A DNA stretch of 64,000 bases from an uncultured virus (IMG/VR IMGVR_UViG_3300020048_000074). Lineage: Duplodnaviria; Heunggongvirae; Uroviricota; Caudoviricetes. The notes under the pieces were generated by a model. That model did no database searches. It was given only the letters and a program-made list of their open reading frames with translations, and was not told the origin of the DNA. A program made the translations under genes and the position numbers. The stretch covers positions 1 through 64,000 of IMG/VR virus record IMGVR_UViG_3300020048_000074; one strand, 5' to 3'. This document shows positions 56,364 to 64,000 of this stretch, piece by piece. The number at the start of each line of letters is the position of its first letter. Within the stretch, counting starts at the first letter, position 1.

Positions 56364-57806
56364 CTAGAACCAACCCAAGTTGGCGGGAGCGATGTTTCTG
56401 ATGATGACGTGGTGCTCGGTCTTTTTGAGAGCGAGAGCACCGAAGAGCAGCATGAGGAACGGGTACACCGCCTGATTGGTGGGGTACAGATCGAACTTCA
56501 TGAGCGGGAGGAACTGGAACCACTCGATCGCGTCGTAGACCTGATCCATGGTGAGGATGATGCCGTGCGAACAACCGGGAAGTTCGGCGTTGAAATCGGT
56601 GATAACCGTGGTAGCGCCGGAGCGGGGAACGGTCTTCACGTACTTTACCGCGCCGCCGCCCTTTTTGGAACGGTAGAGCTTGAAGCCGGTACCTGCGGTG
56701 CCACCGTCTGCAACGGTCATGGTGACCTTGTTGCCAGCGGTTGCGGAAGCAAGCTGGGTCATGCTCACAGCAGCGGATTCACCGAACTTGCTCACGGCGG
56801 TTACTTTGTAGTCGTAAGCGCCGACATCACCTGCGGTGAAGAAGGAAATTTCGGAACCGGCAAGCGCAACAGTCGCAGGCGCGGTATTCTGGGTGGGAGC
56901 GGTCGGGGCACCGGCGATAACGGAACCCGCTGCGGGGTTTACTTCACCTTCGCGGATAAACACGTCATCCAAAAGTTCCAGTTCGCCAAACGGCGTGGGG
57001 TACTTGTTGAAAATCGCGCCACCGGAAGTGCTGCCGCCCGCGTTGAAGCGGATACGGTCGCGGAGAAGGTTCTGAACGTCCTGCATGACCATGGTACTGG
57101 TGAGCAGGAGCGATCCCTTACCGTACTTGTCACGGATTACGCGGGTTCCTTCGTTCATTTTCTTCTCGAACTCGGCGCTGTCAGCGGACGCGCCACGGAT
57201 ATCGAGAATATTGTCGGCAACAGCGGAACCGTAGGTCGCCTTGTTGTTGGCGGCGTCTTCGAGCTGCTGGATGATACCTTTGGGCTGCTCCGCTATGATG
57301 CGGTCATCTCCGTAGAACAGCGCTTTTTCAACTTCACGAACGATCCACAAGGCACCGGCGTTCTGCTCGATGGTCATGGCATTTTCGATCATGTTGGTAA
57401 GCGTGGCCTGAAGAGTCGCCTTGCGGAGAGTCTGGAGGTACTTGGCAGTTGCGTACACGCGGGAGATGGTCTGGTCTTTCTCGAAAGACGTTCCACCTTC
57501 AGATACCCACGCGCCGTCGCTGTCGCCTACCTCGGTCCGCTTGTCCCACTGGTGGACGGGGGAGCTGATGGCCTTTTTCTTGATTCTCTGGAACAGGCGA
57601 GCTTCATCCTGTGACCAGAGAACGTTGACGAGGGTGTTTTCGAGAGATTCGGGGATGAGGGCACGACCACCGGTAAACGCACCGGCGTCTACACCGGAAC
57701 CAGCAGAAAGTGCTTTCTGAAGGTTTTCCAGAACATCCATATTACCGAAATCACCGTGTCCGACCATGTTGGCCGGGTATTGCTGAGAGAGTTCAGCGGG
57801 GTTCAT
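56364..57806 (-). CDS. major capsid protein
   Basis: ALIPESLE, EKALFYGD, Ig-like insertion YDYKVTAVSKFGES, LFGAL; strong codon bias. Confidence 0.9.
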   Translation of the reverse strand: MNPAELSQQYPANMVGHGDFGNMDVLENLQKALSAGSGVDAGAFTGGRALIPESLENTLVNVLWSQDEARLFQRIKKKAISSPVHQWDKRTEVGDSDGAWVSEGGTSFEKDQTISRVYATAKYLQTLRKATLQATLTNMIENAMTIEQNAGALWIVREVEKALFYGDDRIIAEQPKGIIQQLEDAANNKATYGSAVADNILDIRGASADSAEFEKKMNEGTRVIRDKYGKGSLLLTSTMVMQDVQNLLRDRIRFNAGGSTSGGAIFNKYPTPFGELELLDDVFIREGEVNPAAGSVIAGAPTAPTQNTAPATVALAGSEISFFTAGDVGAYDYKVTAVSKFGESAAVSMTQLASATAGNKVTMTVADGGTAGTGFKLYRSKKGGGAVKYVKTVPRSGATTVITDFNAELPGCSHGIILTMDQVYDAIEWFQFLPLMKFDLYPTNQAVYPFLMLLFGALALKKTEHHVIIRNIAPANLGWF

Positions 57807-58477
57807 TATTTATCCTCCCGGAGCAGTGCGGCGACCTTCTGGTCAAGGCGATCATTCACCCGTCCCACAAGACCTTTATTGATGCGTCCTTCGAGGCTGC
57901 CAGCCTCGATAAGGTCCATCTTTCCTGTCTTTACCCAGTCGCGGCTCTTTACGAGCAGTTCGCGGGTATCGATTTCTTTTTCTTCGGTTCCGAAGCGGGC
58001 TTTTTCAAGCCGCTTGAGTCCCTGAGCTGGAAGGGGCTGATCCCCGATGCTCTTTACCATATCGCGGGTGGACTTCTGAAGCTCGGAGTTGGCAAGCGTG
58101 GCCGCGCCGATGCTCTTGGTAAGTTTCTCTACCTGAGCAATGCGTTTACCGAGTGTAGCCATGGCCGAGTCCAAAGACTTGGCAAGCTGGTTCAGGAACG
58201 GCTCGACATCCATGGCAGCGGCAGCTTCCGGGTCTTCGCGGAGGCGATCGGACATGGATTTCTTCATGCCTTCCTCATCTCCCTCTTCGCCCTCTTCACC
58301 TTCGCCCTCTTCGCCACCCTCTTCACCTTCGTCTTCGTCTTCCGGCTCTTCGGCTTCTGACTTATTCAGCTCGGCCTTTTCAGGTCGGCCCAACGACTTT
58401 CGGAGGTCATTGATTGCGTCGTTGAACCCTGTTTCCATTTCGAGGTCATCTTGCAGACCTTCGGTTTTGGCTCCCAT
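57806..58477 (-). CDS. capsid scaffold-like protein
   Basis: acidic tract, coiled coil, many xKS motifs; between protease and capsid. Confidence 0.7.
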   Translation of the reverse strand: MGAKTEGLQDDLEMETGFNDAINDLRKSLGRPEKAELNKSEAEEPEDEDEGEEGGEEGEGEEGEEGDEEGMKKSMSDRLREDPEAAAAMDVEPFLNQLAKSLDSAMATLGKRIAQVEKLTKSIGAATLANSELQKSTRDMVKSIGDQPLPAQGLKRLEKARFGTEEKEIDTRELLVKSRDWVKTGKMDLIEAGSLEGRINKGLVGRVNDRLDQKVAALLREDK

Positions 58478-58498
58478 AAGAAACCCTCCTATAACGTA

Positions 58499-59293
58499 TT
58501 ATCGCTTTTGCCCAACAACGTTGGGTATTTTCCGAGCGATATAGTTCACAATTCTTGCGGCAGTATTGCCCTCAAATCCTCGATCGTATACGAAATTGAG
58601 CATGTCATTGTAGTTCATGATTTTCCCATCACGCACCCCCTTCAAGAGGTCACTGAAGAGACTGCGGACATCTTTCATATCCAGAGTATCAACACTGCCC
58701 TGCAAACTTTCGTGTGCAAGTGCCCGACCCCCAGTAAACGATCCAGCGTCAACACCGGCCCCGGCCATAAGCGCTTTTGCGAATGCAGCAAATGGAACGA
58801 CTTGAACCATCCCGAGCGTGCCATCGTTTACCGGCTTATGGGTAAGTGCAGTCTCATCCCAAACCACCTGTTTAATGGTTGTTTCGGATTTCTGAAGGAT
58901 ACCACCACCAATGGACGCACCGAGTCTGCGTGCACCACTCTGGATATTCTTCCAGACTTTCTGAGCGATGTCGTTTGATTTATAGAGAAAACCCTTTACG
59001 AGTGTTTCGCCTGTTTGAGTAAACTTAACATCCAGAGGCTCACCGATAATGAATCCCGGGTCGTTGGTTACCTTGTGCTTATGATCCCACGAGAGAACGC
59101 CGTGGGTCATGAAGTAGTCGGCAGCTTTCTTCAAAGCTGAAGCTTCTACTTTCTCGCCGTCTTGATCGAGCATTTCGTTTGATGCCTGAAGGTAGATGAT
59201 CCACTTCCCGTCCTCTTCCGCACCCTTAATCAATACGCTACCAAGAGGCGTATAGAATGGATTGGTCATGTGTTCTAACGATTGATCGTCCAT
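58499..59293 (-). CDS. prohead protease
   Basis: ASNEMLDQDGE, WDH, IGEP, GASIGG, ALTHKPVN. Confidence 0.88.
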   Translation of the reverse strand: MDDQSLEHMTNPFYTPLGSVLIKGAEEDGKWIIYLQASNEMLDQDGEKVEASALKKAADYFMTHGVLSWDHKHKVTNDPGFIIGEPLDVKFTQTGETLVKGFLYKSNDIAQKVWKNIQSGARRLGASIGGGILQKSETTIKQVVWDETALTHKPVNDGTLGMVQVVPFAAFAKALMAGAGVDAGSFTGGRALAHESLQGSVDTLDMKDVRSLFSDLLKGVRDGKIMNYNDMLNFVYDRGFEGNTAARIVNYIARKIPNVVGQKR

Positions 59294-59311
59294 ACCGTCC
59301 CCCTCTCTCTC

Positions 59312-59374
59312 AAAATAGAAAACCCACTACTCTCCGCATATAGTGCAGAAAAAATAGTGGGTTCTTTGACCTCT
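59312..59374 (-). promoter_or_regulatory. terminator-like hairpin upstream of the head genes, preceded by a short AGA direct repeat
   Basis: agaggtcaaagaacccacta..tagtgggtt-TTCTATTTT. Confidence 0.55.
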
Positions 59375-59378
59375 ACCT

Positions 59379-59606
59379 TTATTGTAGCACAAGAAGTCCC
59401 TCAGATACAAGTAAAGTTCCGCAACTTCGGCATTTTACTTCTATCATGGACTTCTCAAGATTTAAGCCTTTAAATAAGAGTGCGTGGCATGCACCACAAC
59501 GAAACTCATCCAATTCGCCCTTCACGAGTACAAGCCGCATGTGCTTTGATCCTCGATCCGTTTTGTCTATGGATGGGGAAGTTCCGTACACTACGTTATG
59601 CGCCAT
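59379..59606 (-). CDS. Mu Com-like zinc-ribbon regulator
   Basis: EFRCGACHALLFK..IEVKCRSCGT; alternative start at 59540. Confidence 0.75.
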   Translation of the reverse strand: MAHNVVYGTSPSIDKTDRGSKHMRLVLVKGELDEFRCGACHALLFKGLNLEKSMIEVKCRSCGTLLVSEGLLVLQ

Positions 59607-59631
59607 GTGTGTTCCCCATCCAAACGTTTAA

Positions 59632-59892
59632 TTACTCGAACAGGCTGGGATACAGGTTTTTGAAATCCTGAAATCCGGCAGGGTCGAGTTCATGCTGCGC
59701 GATGTAAATGATTGCCGACTTGAGCGTGGTGAAGTTTTCAACCGGTTTTTGTTTCTTCACCTGTTTCTCTTCCACGGGAGGCTCTTCCACTGCCGGAACT
59801 TCCGGAGCAGCGGGCGCTACAGTCGCACCAACGTCTTTATCGATACCAGCAGGCTCGATATCCTTTTTCTCATTCTCTGTGCTCATCGCCAT
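59632..59892 (-). CDS. hypothetical protein
   Basis: 86 aa, GGGGG SD. Confidence 0.6.
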   Translation of the reverse strand: MAMSTENEKKDIEPAGIDKDVGATVAPAAPEVPAVEEPPVEEKQVKKQKPVENFTTLKSAIIYIAQHELDPAGFQDFKNLYPSLFE

Positions 59893-59911
59893 AATCTTTC
59901 CCCCTGATTAA

Positions 59912-59939
59912 AGTATATCATGATTCGCGTTATACGCAA
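59912..59939 (-). promoter_or_regulatory. sigma70-type promoter
   Basis: TTGCGT-16 nt-TATACT with TG extension. Confidence 0.6.
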
Positions 59940-59944
59940 ATTGG

Positions 59945-62095
59945 TTACCAAGGAAGCGCACGCAAGTCGTTGCCGTAATCGTTCGGCGGCCTTTGCATCT
60001 TTTTGCCCTTCTCACGTGCTTGAGCCATCGCATCTCGAAACATATCATCCCACTTCTCAAACCCCGGGATGTGTTTTACCCACGTGCAATGGCAATTCTT
60101 GACAATGACCCCGTTGCAAGTGTATAATCCATACATCTCGTCTTGAAGGTCGTAAACATGCCCACTAAAACTTCGTCTAACAAGCCCAGTTACCTTACTC
60201 GGAACAACAAAACTACCGGAGTTCGCTATGGTAACCTCCCTCAAAGTATCATCGACAGGTACGTTGCAGGCGAATCTTTGGATAAACTCGCCACTGAGAT
60301 TGGAATGAGCAGGAATGCCTTGCATTACCGATTCAACAAAATTGGAATCCACCTCAGAGGATGCAAAGAAGCCCATCAAATTCGACTTGATCGGATGAGC
60401 CAAGAAGAACGTAATCAAATGGCTAAGAAGGCGCAAGATGTATGGCGAGGTACAACCGTACCCTTGGAGAAATTGGAAAGACGTGCGAAACTTCTTGAGC
60501 AAAACGCCAGAATTGAGAACCAAAGTATTGCCGAGCAACATTTCATAAAAGTCTTTAAGAAAAACGGTCTTGAAATAATTCCACAAAAAGCCATTGGTAA
60601 ATACAATATCGACATTGCTATCAAAGAACCTCCCATCGCCATAGAAATCTTCACTGGCAACTTCCATAATGGAGGGGGGTCTGCTCGAAAAATGCCTGAC
60701 CGATGCAAAAAGATTCTCGACGAGGGTTGGTCGTTGGTAATTATCTGGGTTTACCAGCTTATGCAACCCATCGGGGTTGGGGCTTACAAATATATAACTA
60801 TCTTGAGTGATGAACTTCGCCGCAACAAACCCATTAGGGGTGAGTACCGGGTGATTTTCGGTGACGGTAACCCTGTGCCCACTCGTCGTACATATTTCAA
60901 TGACGAAGCCTTCATAAAAAGCCTTGGTGACCGCTCCTAACTCATTGGTGGCTACCAACTGACCACCGGGCACACAATGCGGGTGTTGAGTGCCCGCGCT
61001 GATCCACCAGTTCGCCCGGCTTCTACCAAAATTACTTTTACCCGGCCAGATCACCGGATACGTGGATTCGCCTATGGTAATAGAATCGCCGCTGCCGGGT
61101 GGCTCATCCATGAGCACTACTATCTTTCCATCCACTTCATTACGGCACCATGGACATGCCCCGGCAGCCGAGATGCCTTTCATGTAAACGTATTCGTCTT
61201 CAGGCTTTCGTCGTTCAAGCTCAGTAAGAAGCTGCCCATTGTTTAACGAGTTACCTATCTCAGTCTCCGCGATCCTTCTCCAATCACGATTCATCGCTCC
61301 AAAACTATTGTACAGGGACTCTTGAAGCTGGCCATGCGTTGCCCGATTCTTTATGGCGGTCTGGATCGTATCATGAATCGCAAGGTATTGTTTTTGCTTT
61401 AACTCGACGATCATGGAACCGGCATTCTGAGTCGCAAACTCCACAGCGTTTTCCCATTCAGGACTGGTAAGCTTGGCCATGGCGTCATCAATAGCAGGCT
61501 TCAACGTCTTGTAGGTTGTCGTAAGCTGCTTGTCCAAAGGAAGCCCTTTTATAACCTTGCCAAGCGACATAGCGTGCATGGCTATACGCTCTTCCTCGGT
61601 ATCGTAAATGTAGTCGAACGCCTTCAGGATTTCCTTTTTTATGATCGCCCAAGCAGCCTTAGTAAGCGGCTGGCCGGTCTTCGGGTTTATAAATATTCGG
61701 CCATTAAGCACGAAGGTAGTGGCTGCGGTGGCCTTCTCTACCACGATCCATGTGGTCCGGATAGCCTCGAAAAGCTTCAAAAGCCCCTCTTCAACCCGGT
61801 CTTTACTGTACATTTCAAGGTCGCGGACCGCCCGGAAGGGTGAAATTTCCTTTTGCTGGCTCTCAGAATCGTATCCGAGGGCCTTGGTAAGCGCCTCAAT
61901 ACCTGCTTCGTACTTGGCCCCGGTCTTGACATGAATATTGCGAAATTCTAATAGAATTGTTTTTTCGTCGGGCTTGACGCAAAGATCACACATTCCGTCT
62001 GCCTTTTCCAGAATGATACGTGCACCAGTTTCTCCAAGTGGCGATATCGTTTGGAATATTTTTTTTGATCTCTGCTCCGGCGTTGAATGGGTCAC
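59945..62095 (-). CDS. MuF/gp7-like minor head protein containing an intein
   Basis: NRDWRRIAETE, ACPWC, HPH|CHC motif split by the intein; true start may be slightly downstream. Confidence 0.85.
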   Translation of the reverse strand: MTHSTPEQRSKKIFQTISPLGETGARIILEKADGMCDLCVKPDEKTILLEFRNIHVKTGAKYEAGIEALTKALGYDSESQQKEISPFRAVRDLEMYSKDRVEEGLLKLFEAIRTTWIVVEKATAATTFVLNGRIFINPKTGQPLTKAAWAIIKKEILKAFDYIYDTEEERIAMHAMSLGKVIKGLPLDKQLTTTYKTLKPAIDDAMAKLTSPEWENAVEFATQNAGSMIVELKQKQYLAIHDTIQTAIKNRATHGQLQESLYNSFGAMNRDWRRIAETEIGNSLNNGQLLTELERRKPEDEYVYMKGISAAGACPWCRNEVDGKIVVLMDEPPGSGDSITIGESTYPVIWPGKSNFGRSRANWWISAGTQHPHCVPGGQLVATNELGAVTKAFYEGFVIEICTTSGHRVTVTENHPVLTPNGFVAAKFITQDSYIFVSPNPDGLHKLVNPDNYQRPTLVENLFASVRHFSSRPPSIMEVASEDFYGDGRFFDSNVDIVFTNGFLWNYFKTVFLKDFYEMLLGNTLVLNSGVLLKKFRTSFQFLQGYGCTSPYILRLLSHLITFFLAHPIKSNLMGFFASSEVDSNFVESVMQGIPAHSNLSGEFIQRFACNVPVDDTLREVTIANSGSFVVPSKVTGLVRRSFSGHVYDLQDEMYGLYTCNGVIVKNCHCTWVKHIPGFEKWDDMFRDAMAQAREKGKKMQRPPNDYGNDLRALPW
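60099..60128 (+). promoter_or_regulatory. consensus sigma70 promoter antisense within the intein
   Basis: TTGACA (60099-60104), 18 nt, TATAAT (60123-60128). Confidence 0.85.
60158..60940 (+). CDS. HTH + Vsr/DUF559-like endonuclease encoded antisense inside the intein
   Basis: YVAGESLDKLATEIGMSRNALHYRF HTH; YNIDIAI..IAIEIFTGNFH..DR..EGWSLVIIW; GAAGGT SD and its own promoter. Confidence 0.85.
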   Translation: MPTKTSSNKPSYLTRNNKTTGVRYGNLPQSIIDRYVAGESLDKLATEIGMSRNALHYRFNKIGIHLRGCKEAHQIRLDRMSQEERNQMAKKAQDVWRGTTVPLEKLERRAKLLEQNARIENQSIAEQHFIKVFKKNGLEIIPQKAIGKYNIDIAIKEPPIAIEIFTGNFHNGGGSARKMPDRCKKILDEGWSLVIIWVYQLMQPIGVGAYKYITILSDELRRNKPIRGEYRVIFGDGNPVPTRRTYFNDEAFIKSLGDRS

Positions 62096-62327
62096 GATTC
62101 ATAAACGAAACAAGAGCCTCACTTGGAAGCTCTCGGCCATTCTCTCCGCACCACTTTTTAAACTTGTCACCCTCTCCAAGAATGGTTCCATCTTTCAATT
62201 TTACCGCGTTCTCAATCAACGCATCAATCTCTTGATCCGTCTTTCCTTCTATTTTATTTTTTTGCATAAACCCCAAGACCGCATCTGAACGTTGCACCGG
62301 CTCTACCACTGATATTACTTTTTTCAT
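61986..62327 (-). CDS. hypothetical protein
   Basis: 113-aa ORF, ATGA-coupled to upstream gene. Confidence 0.55.
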   Translation of the reverse strand: MKKVISVVEPVQRSDAVLGFMQKNKIEGKTDQEIDALIENAVKLKDGTILGEGDKFKKWCGENGRELPSEALVSFMNRDPFNAGAEIKKNIPNDIATWRNWCTYHSGKGRRNV

Positions 62328-63217
62328 TTCGATTCTGCCTCCGCAAGAAACGCTTTATATCCTTTAGAAAGCTCCATCCTAAATATAAAATTGTTTCGCG
62401 TTTTTTTACTCTTTATATGGCTGATAATAAACGCTTTCGCAAATGCATACGGTATCTCGATATCCACCTTAGCGGTTGCTCGTGTTCTCTCAGCTACATT
62501 TCGTATTTGTTTTACATGGATGGTAAGCGAAGTACCATTATATTTCAATTTCATGTCTTCAGCCTTCGATGGCATTACCCACGCTTTCTGAGAATGCACC
62601 TGACCTTCAATCAAAGTAGCTGTTTTGTTTTTAAGCATACGCATGACATTATCAGATTTAAGCGAGCCGGTTACTGACCATCCACCCATAAGCTTTGTCG
62701 CTGCTAACACGGCACTCGGTTTAAGCAGCGGAAGTTTTTCAGAAACCTTTTCTACTTTCGTATATTCTTTTCCCGTGATATGACTTTTAACTTTCATAGT
62801 AACCCGGGGCTTTGCACTTCCTGTCGTATACTGGTCCCTCAGCTTAACCAGAGCAGTTCCTATCAAATGAAGCGCGGCATGCTTCTCTCTCGGTACCCCG
62901 GGGCCTTTGTCTATGTGATCGAATACTTCTTTGAATATGTTATGCGCAGTGTCGGGCTTGCTTGTCTTTATTTTTTCAACCAACGAATTGAAACCGGTCA
63001 CTCCATGCTTTTCCAGAATGGTGGAAATCTCCCCGCCCAAATTGGTAGTCATCGCGTGGTCAAAATAATTCTGAGCAGTTACTTCCGTTTTATCAAGCAC
63101 CTGTCTTTCACGATGGACAATGACCCACTTGTGCCCGGTCTTTTTCCATTGCCGCTTGTCTTGGTGAGTCCGTATCTCACCTTCCATGGCAGCTTTATGC
63201 TTCAGAAACAGAATCAT
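62324..63217 (-). CDS. basic hypothetical head-associated protein
   Basis: ATG at 63217 after GGAGG; KA..GE.R..WKK N-terminus. Confidence 0.6.
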   Translation of the reverse strand: MILFLKHKAAMEGEIRTHQDKRQWKKTGHKWVIVHRERQVLDKTEVTAQNYFDHAMTTNLGGEISTILEKHGVTGFNSLVEKIKTSKPDTAHNIFKEVFDHIDKGPGVPREKHAALHLIGTALVKLRDQYTTGSAKPRVTMKVKSHITGKEYTKVEKVSEKLPLLKPSAVLAATKLMGGWSVTGSLKSDNVMRMLKNKTATLIEGQVHSQKAWVMPSKAEDMKLKYNGTSLTIHVKQIRNVAERTRATAKVDIEIPYAFAKAFIISHIKSKKTRNNFIFRMELSKGYKAFLAEAESK

Positions 63218-64000
63218 AGGCGTCCTCCGGCTCCCTACCCATCGGGTAATCAAACGACCGAGCTATGGCTTCGATCCTGTCTTCATCTGAACTGAATTTC
63301 GATTTCAGCATATCAACAAGTTCCATTTTATTCGGTATGACATGCACATGCGTATACCGAGAATTCGTAGGGTGATCGATACTTACCACTTTAAGCGAAG
63401 GTGCAACCAATAGAAACTCTCGCTCATCCGCGTAGGCGGCTATATTATATTTATGTATAAGCTGTTCGGTACCATGATCCTCAGAGCCTTCTATCATGCT
63501 ATCAACGTCAACTCCAATAACTTTCGTCTCAGGTGTAAGATTTTCTTGATCTATAATAAAAATAGCGCCTGCCGAGTATTCTTCACCAACACTCGATGCT
63601 TTGGAAAAAGAAGCCATACCAAGCGGAATCACATCACCCACTTCACAGTTCATCCATTCCGTATTTTTTGATCCACGATACAGCTTATCGTCTTCAAGAA
63701 AATCGTACTCTGTAAAATGCCCATCGACTATAGTTTCTATCAATGAATCCCCTGACCACGTTCCCCATTCTTTTCCGTCTTCCTTCATTTGAAAATAATC
63801 CCGAGCTTTTTTTCTGTTTCCTTTAACCTCACCCCCAACCCAACGGCCAAGCAGGTGAAGCTGAATCCCATCCCATTCATTTCCACTGACGTCTTTCATG
63901 GACGTTGTTTCTTCAATCTCGTCTTGACGTTTAAGCATTATTTCGGTTACCGCTTCAACCGCCTCGTTAAGCGACACGTTATTTACAAATGCATATCCTA
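63195..64000 (-). CDS. ADP-ribosyltransferase-like protein (5' end beyond the window)
   Basis: LYRG, ASFS, ERE (R-S-E) motifs; frame open to the window edge. Confidence 0.65.
   Translation of the reverse strand, partial: GYAFVNNVSLNEAVEAVTEIMLKRQDEIEETTSMKDVSGNEWDGIQLHLLGRWVGGEVKGNRKKARDYFQMKEDGKEWGTWSGDSLIETIVDGHFTEYDFLEDDKLYRGSKNTEWMNCEVGDVIPLGMASFSKASSVGEEYSAGAIFIIDQENLTPETKVIGVDVDSMIEGSEDHGTEQLIHKYNIAAYADEREFLLVAPSLKVVSIDHPTNSRYTHVHVIPNKMELVDMLKSKFSSDEDRIEAIARSFDYPMGREPEDAYDSVSEA

Larger units (their letters stand above)
60095..60976 (-). mobile_element. intein (294 aa) in the MuF HPxCxC motif
   Basis: CVPGGQLV block A, VTENHPVLT block B, VYDLQ block F, IVKN/C block G (penultimate Lys). 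Confidence 0.9.

Noticed and set aside
56409..57614. 401-aa plus-strand ORF antisense to the major capsid gene
   Set aside because: Codon-aligned shadow of a strongly biased gene; no motifs, promoter or SD, unlike the intein antisense ORF.
1..64000. tRNA or rRNA genes, integrase, alternative genetic code
   Set aside because: None seen by eye; conserved genes translate full-length in the standard code. tRNAscan was not run.

Overview
A 64-kb segment of a tailed dsDNA bacteriophage with a contractile tail. Its capsid, protease and tail-chaperone features resemble SPO1/Twort-type phages. Almost all genes are on the minus strand. In transcription order (right to left) the window holds: head-associated genes (partial ADP-ribosyltransferase-like ORF, MuF-like minor head protein, Com-like Zn ribbon, prohead protease, scaffold, major capsid); accessory virion proteins; neck, sheath, tube, chaperones, tape measure, baseplate and two paralogous tail fibres; a holin and spanin-like pair; a sigma-like regulator; a replication/recombination module (initiator, DnaC-like loader, DnaB, DnaG, tubulin/FtsZ-like GTPase, UvsY-like, SSB, RecA, SbcCD, DinG-like helicase, RuvC-like, 5'-3' exonuclease, UDG-fused PolA); terminase; a C39-like peptidase; and an early region of small genes. 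Main finding: two contiguous inteins (in the helicase and in the MuF protein) have no in-frame endonuclease. Each instead fully overlaps a separate Vsr/DUF559-like endonuclease gene in another reading frame, one same-strand shifted and one antisense, and each has its own sigma70-type promoter inside the intein coding sequence. Also notable: a type III hammerhead ribozyme in the early-operon leader, six structurally conserved switch-like hairpins between the early genes, a 22-bp inverted repeat (origin candidate) inside the initiator gene, a phage tubulin, and a probable +1 tail-chaperone frameshift. All calls come from manual motif reading; no database searches were run.
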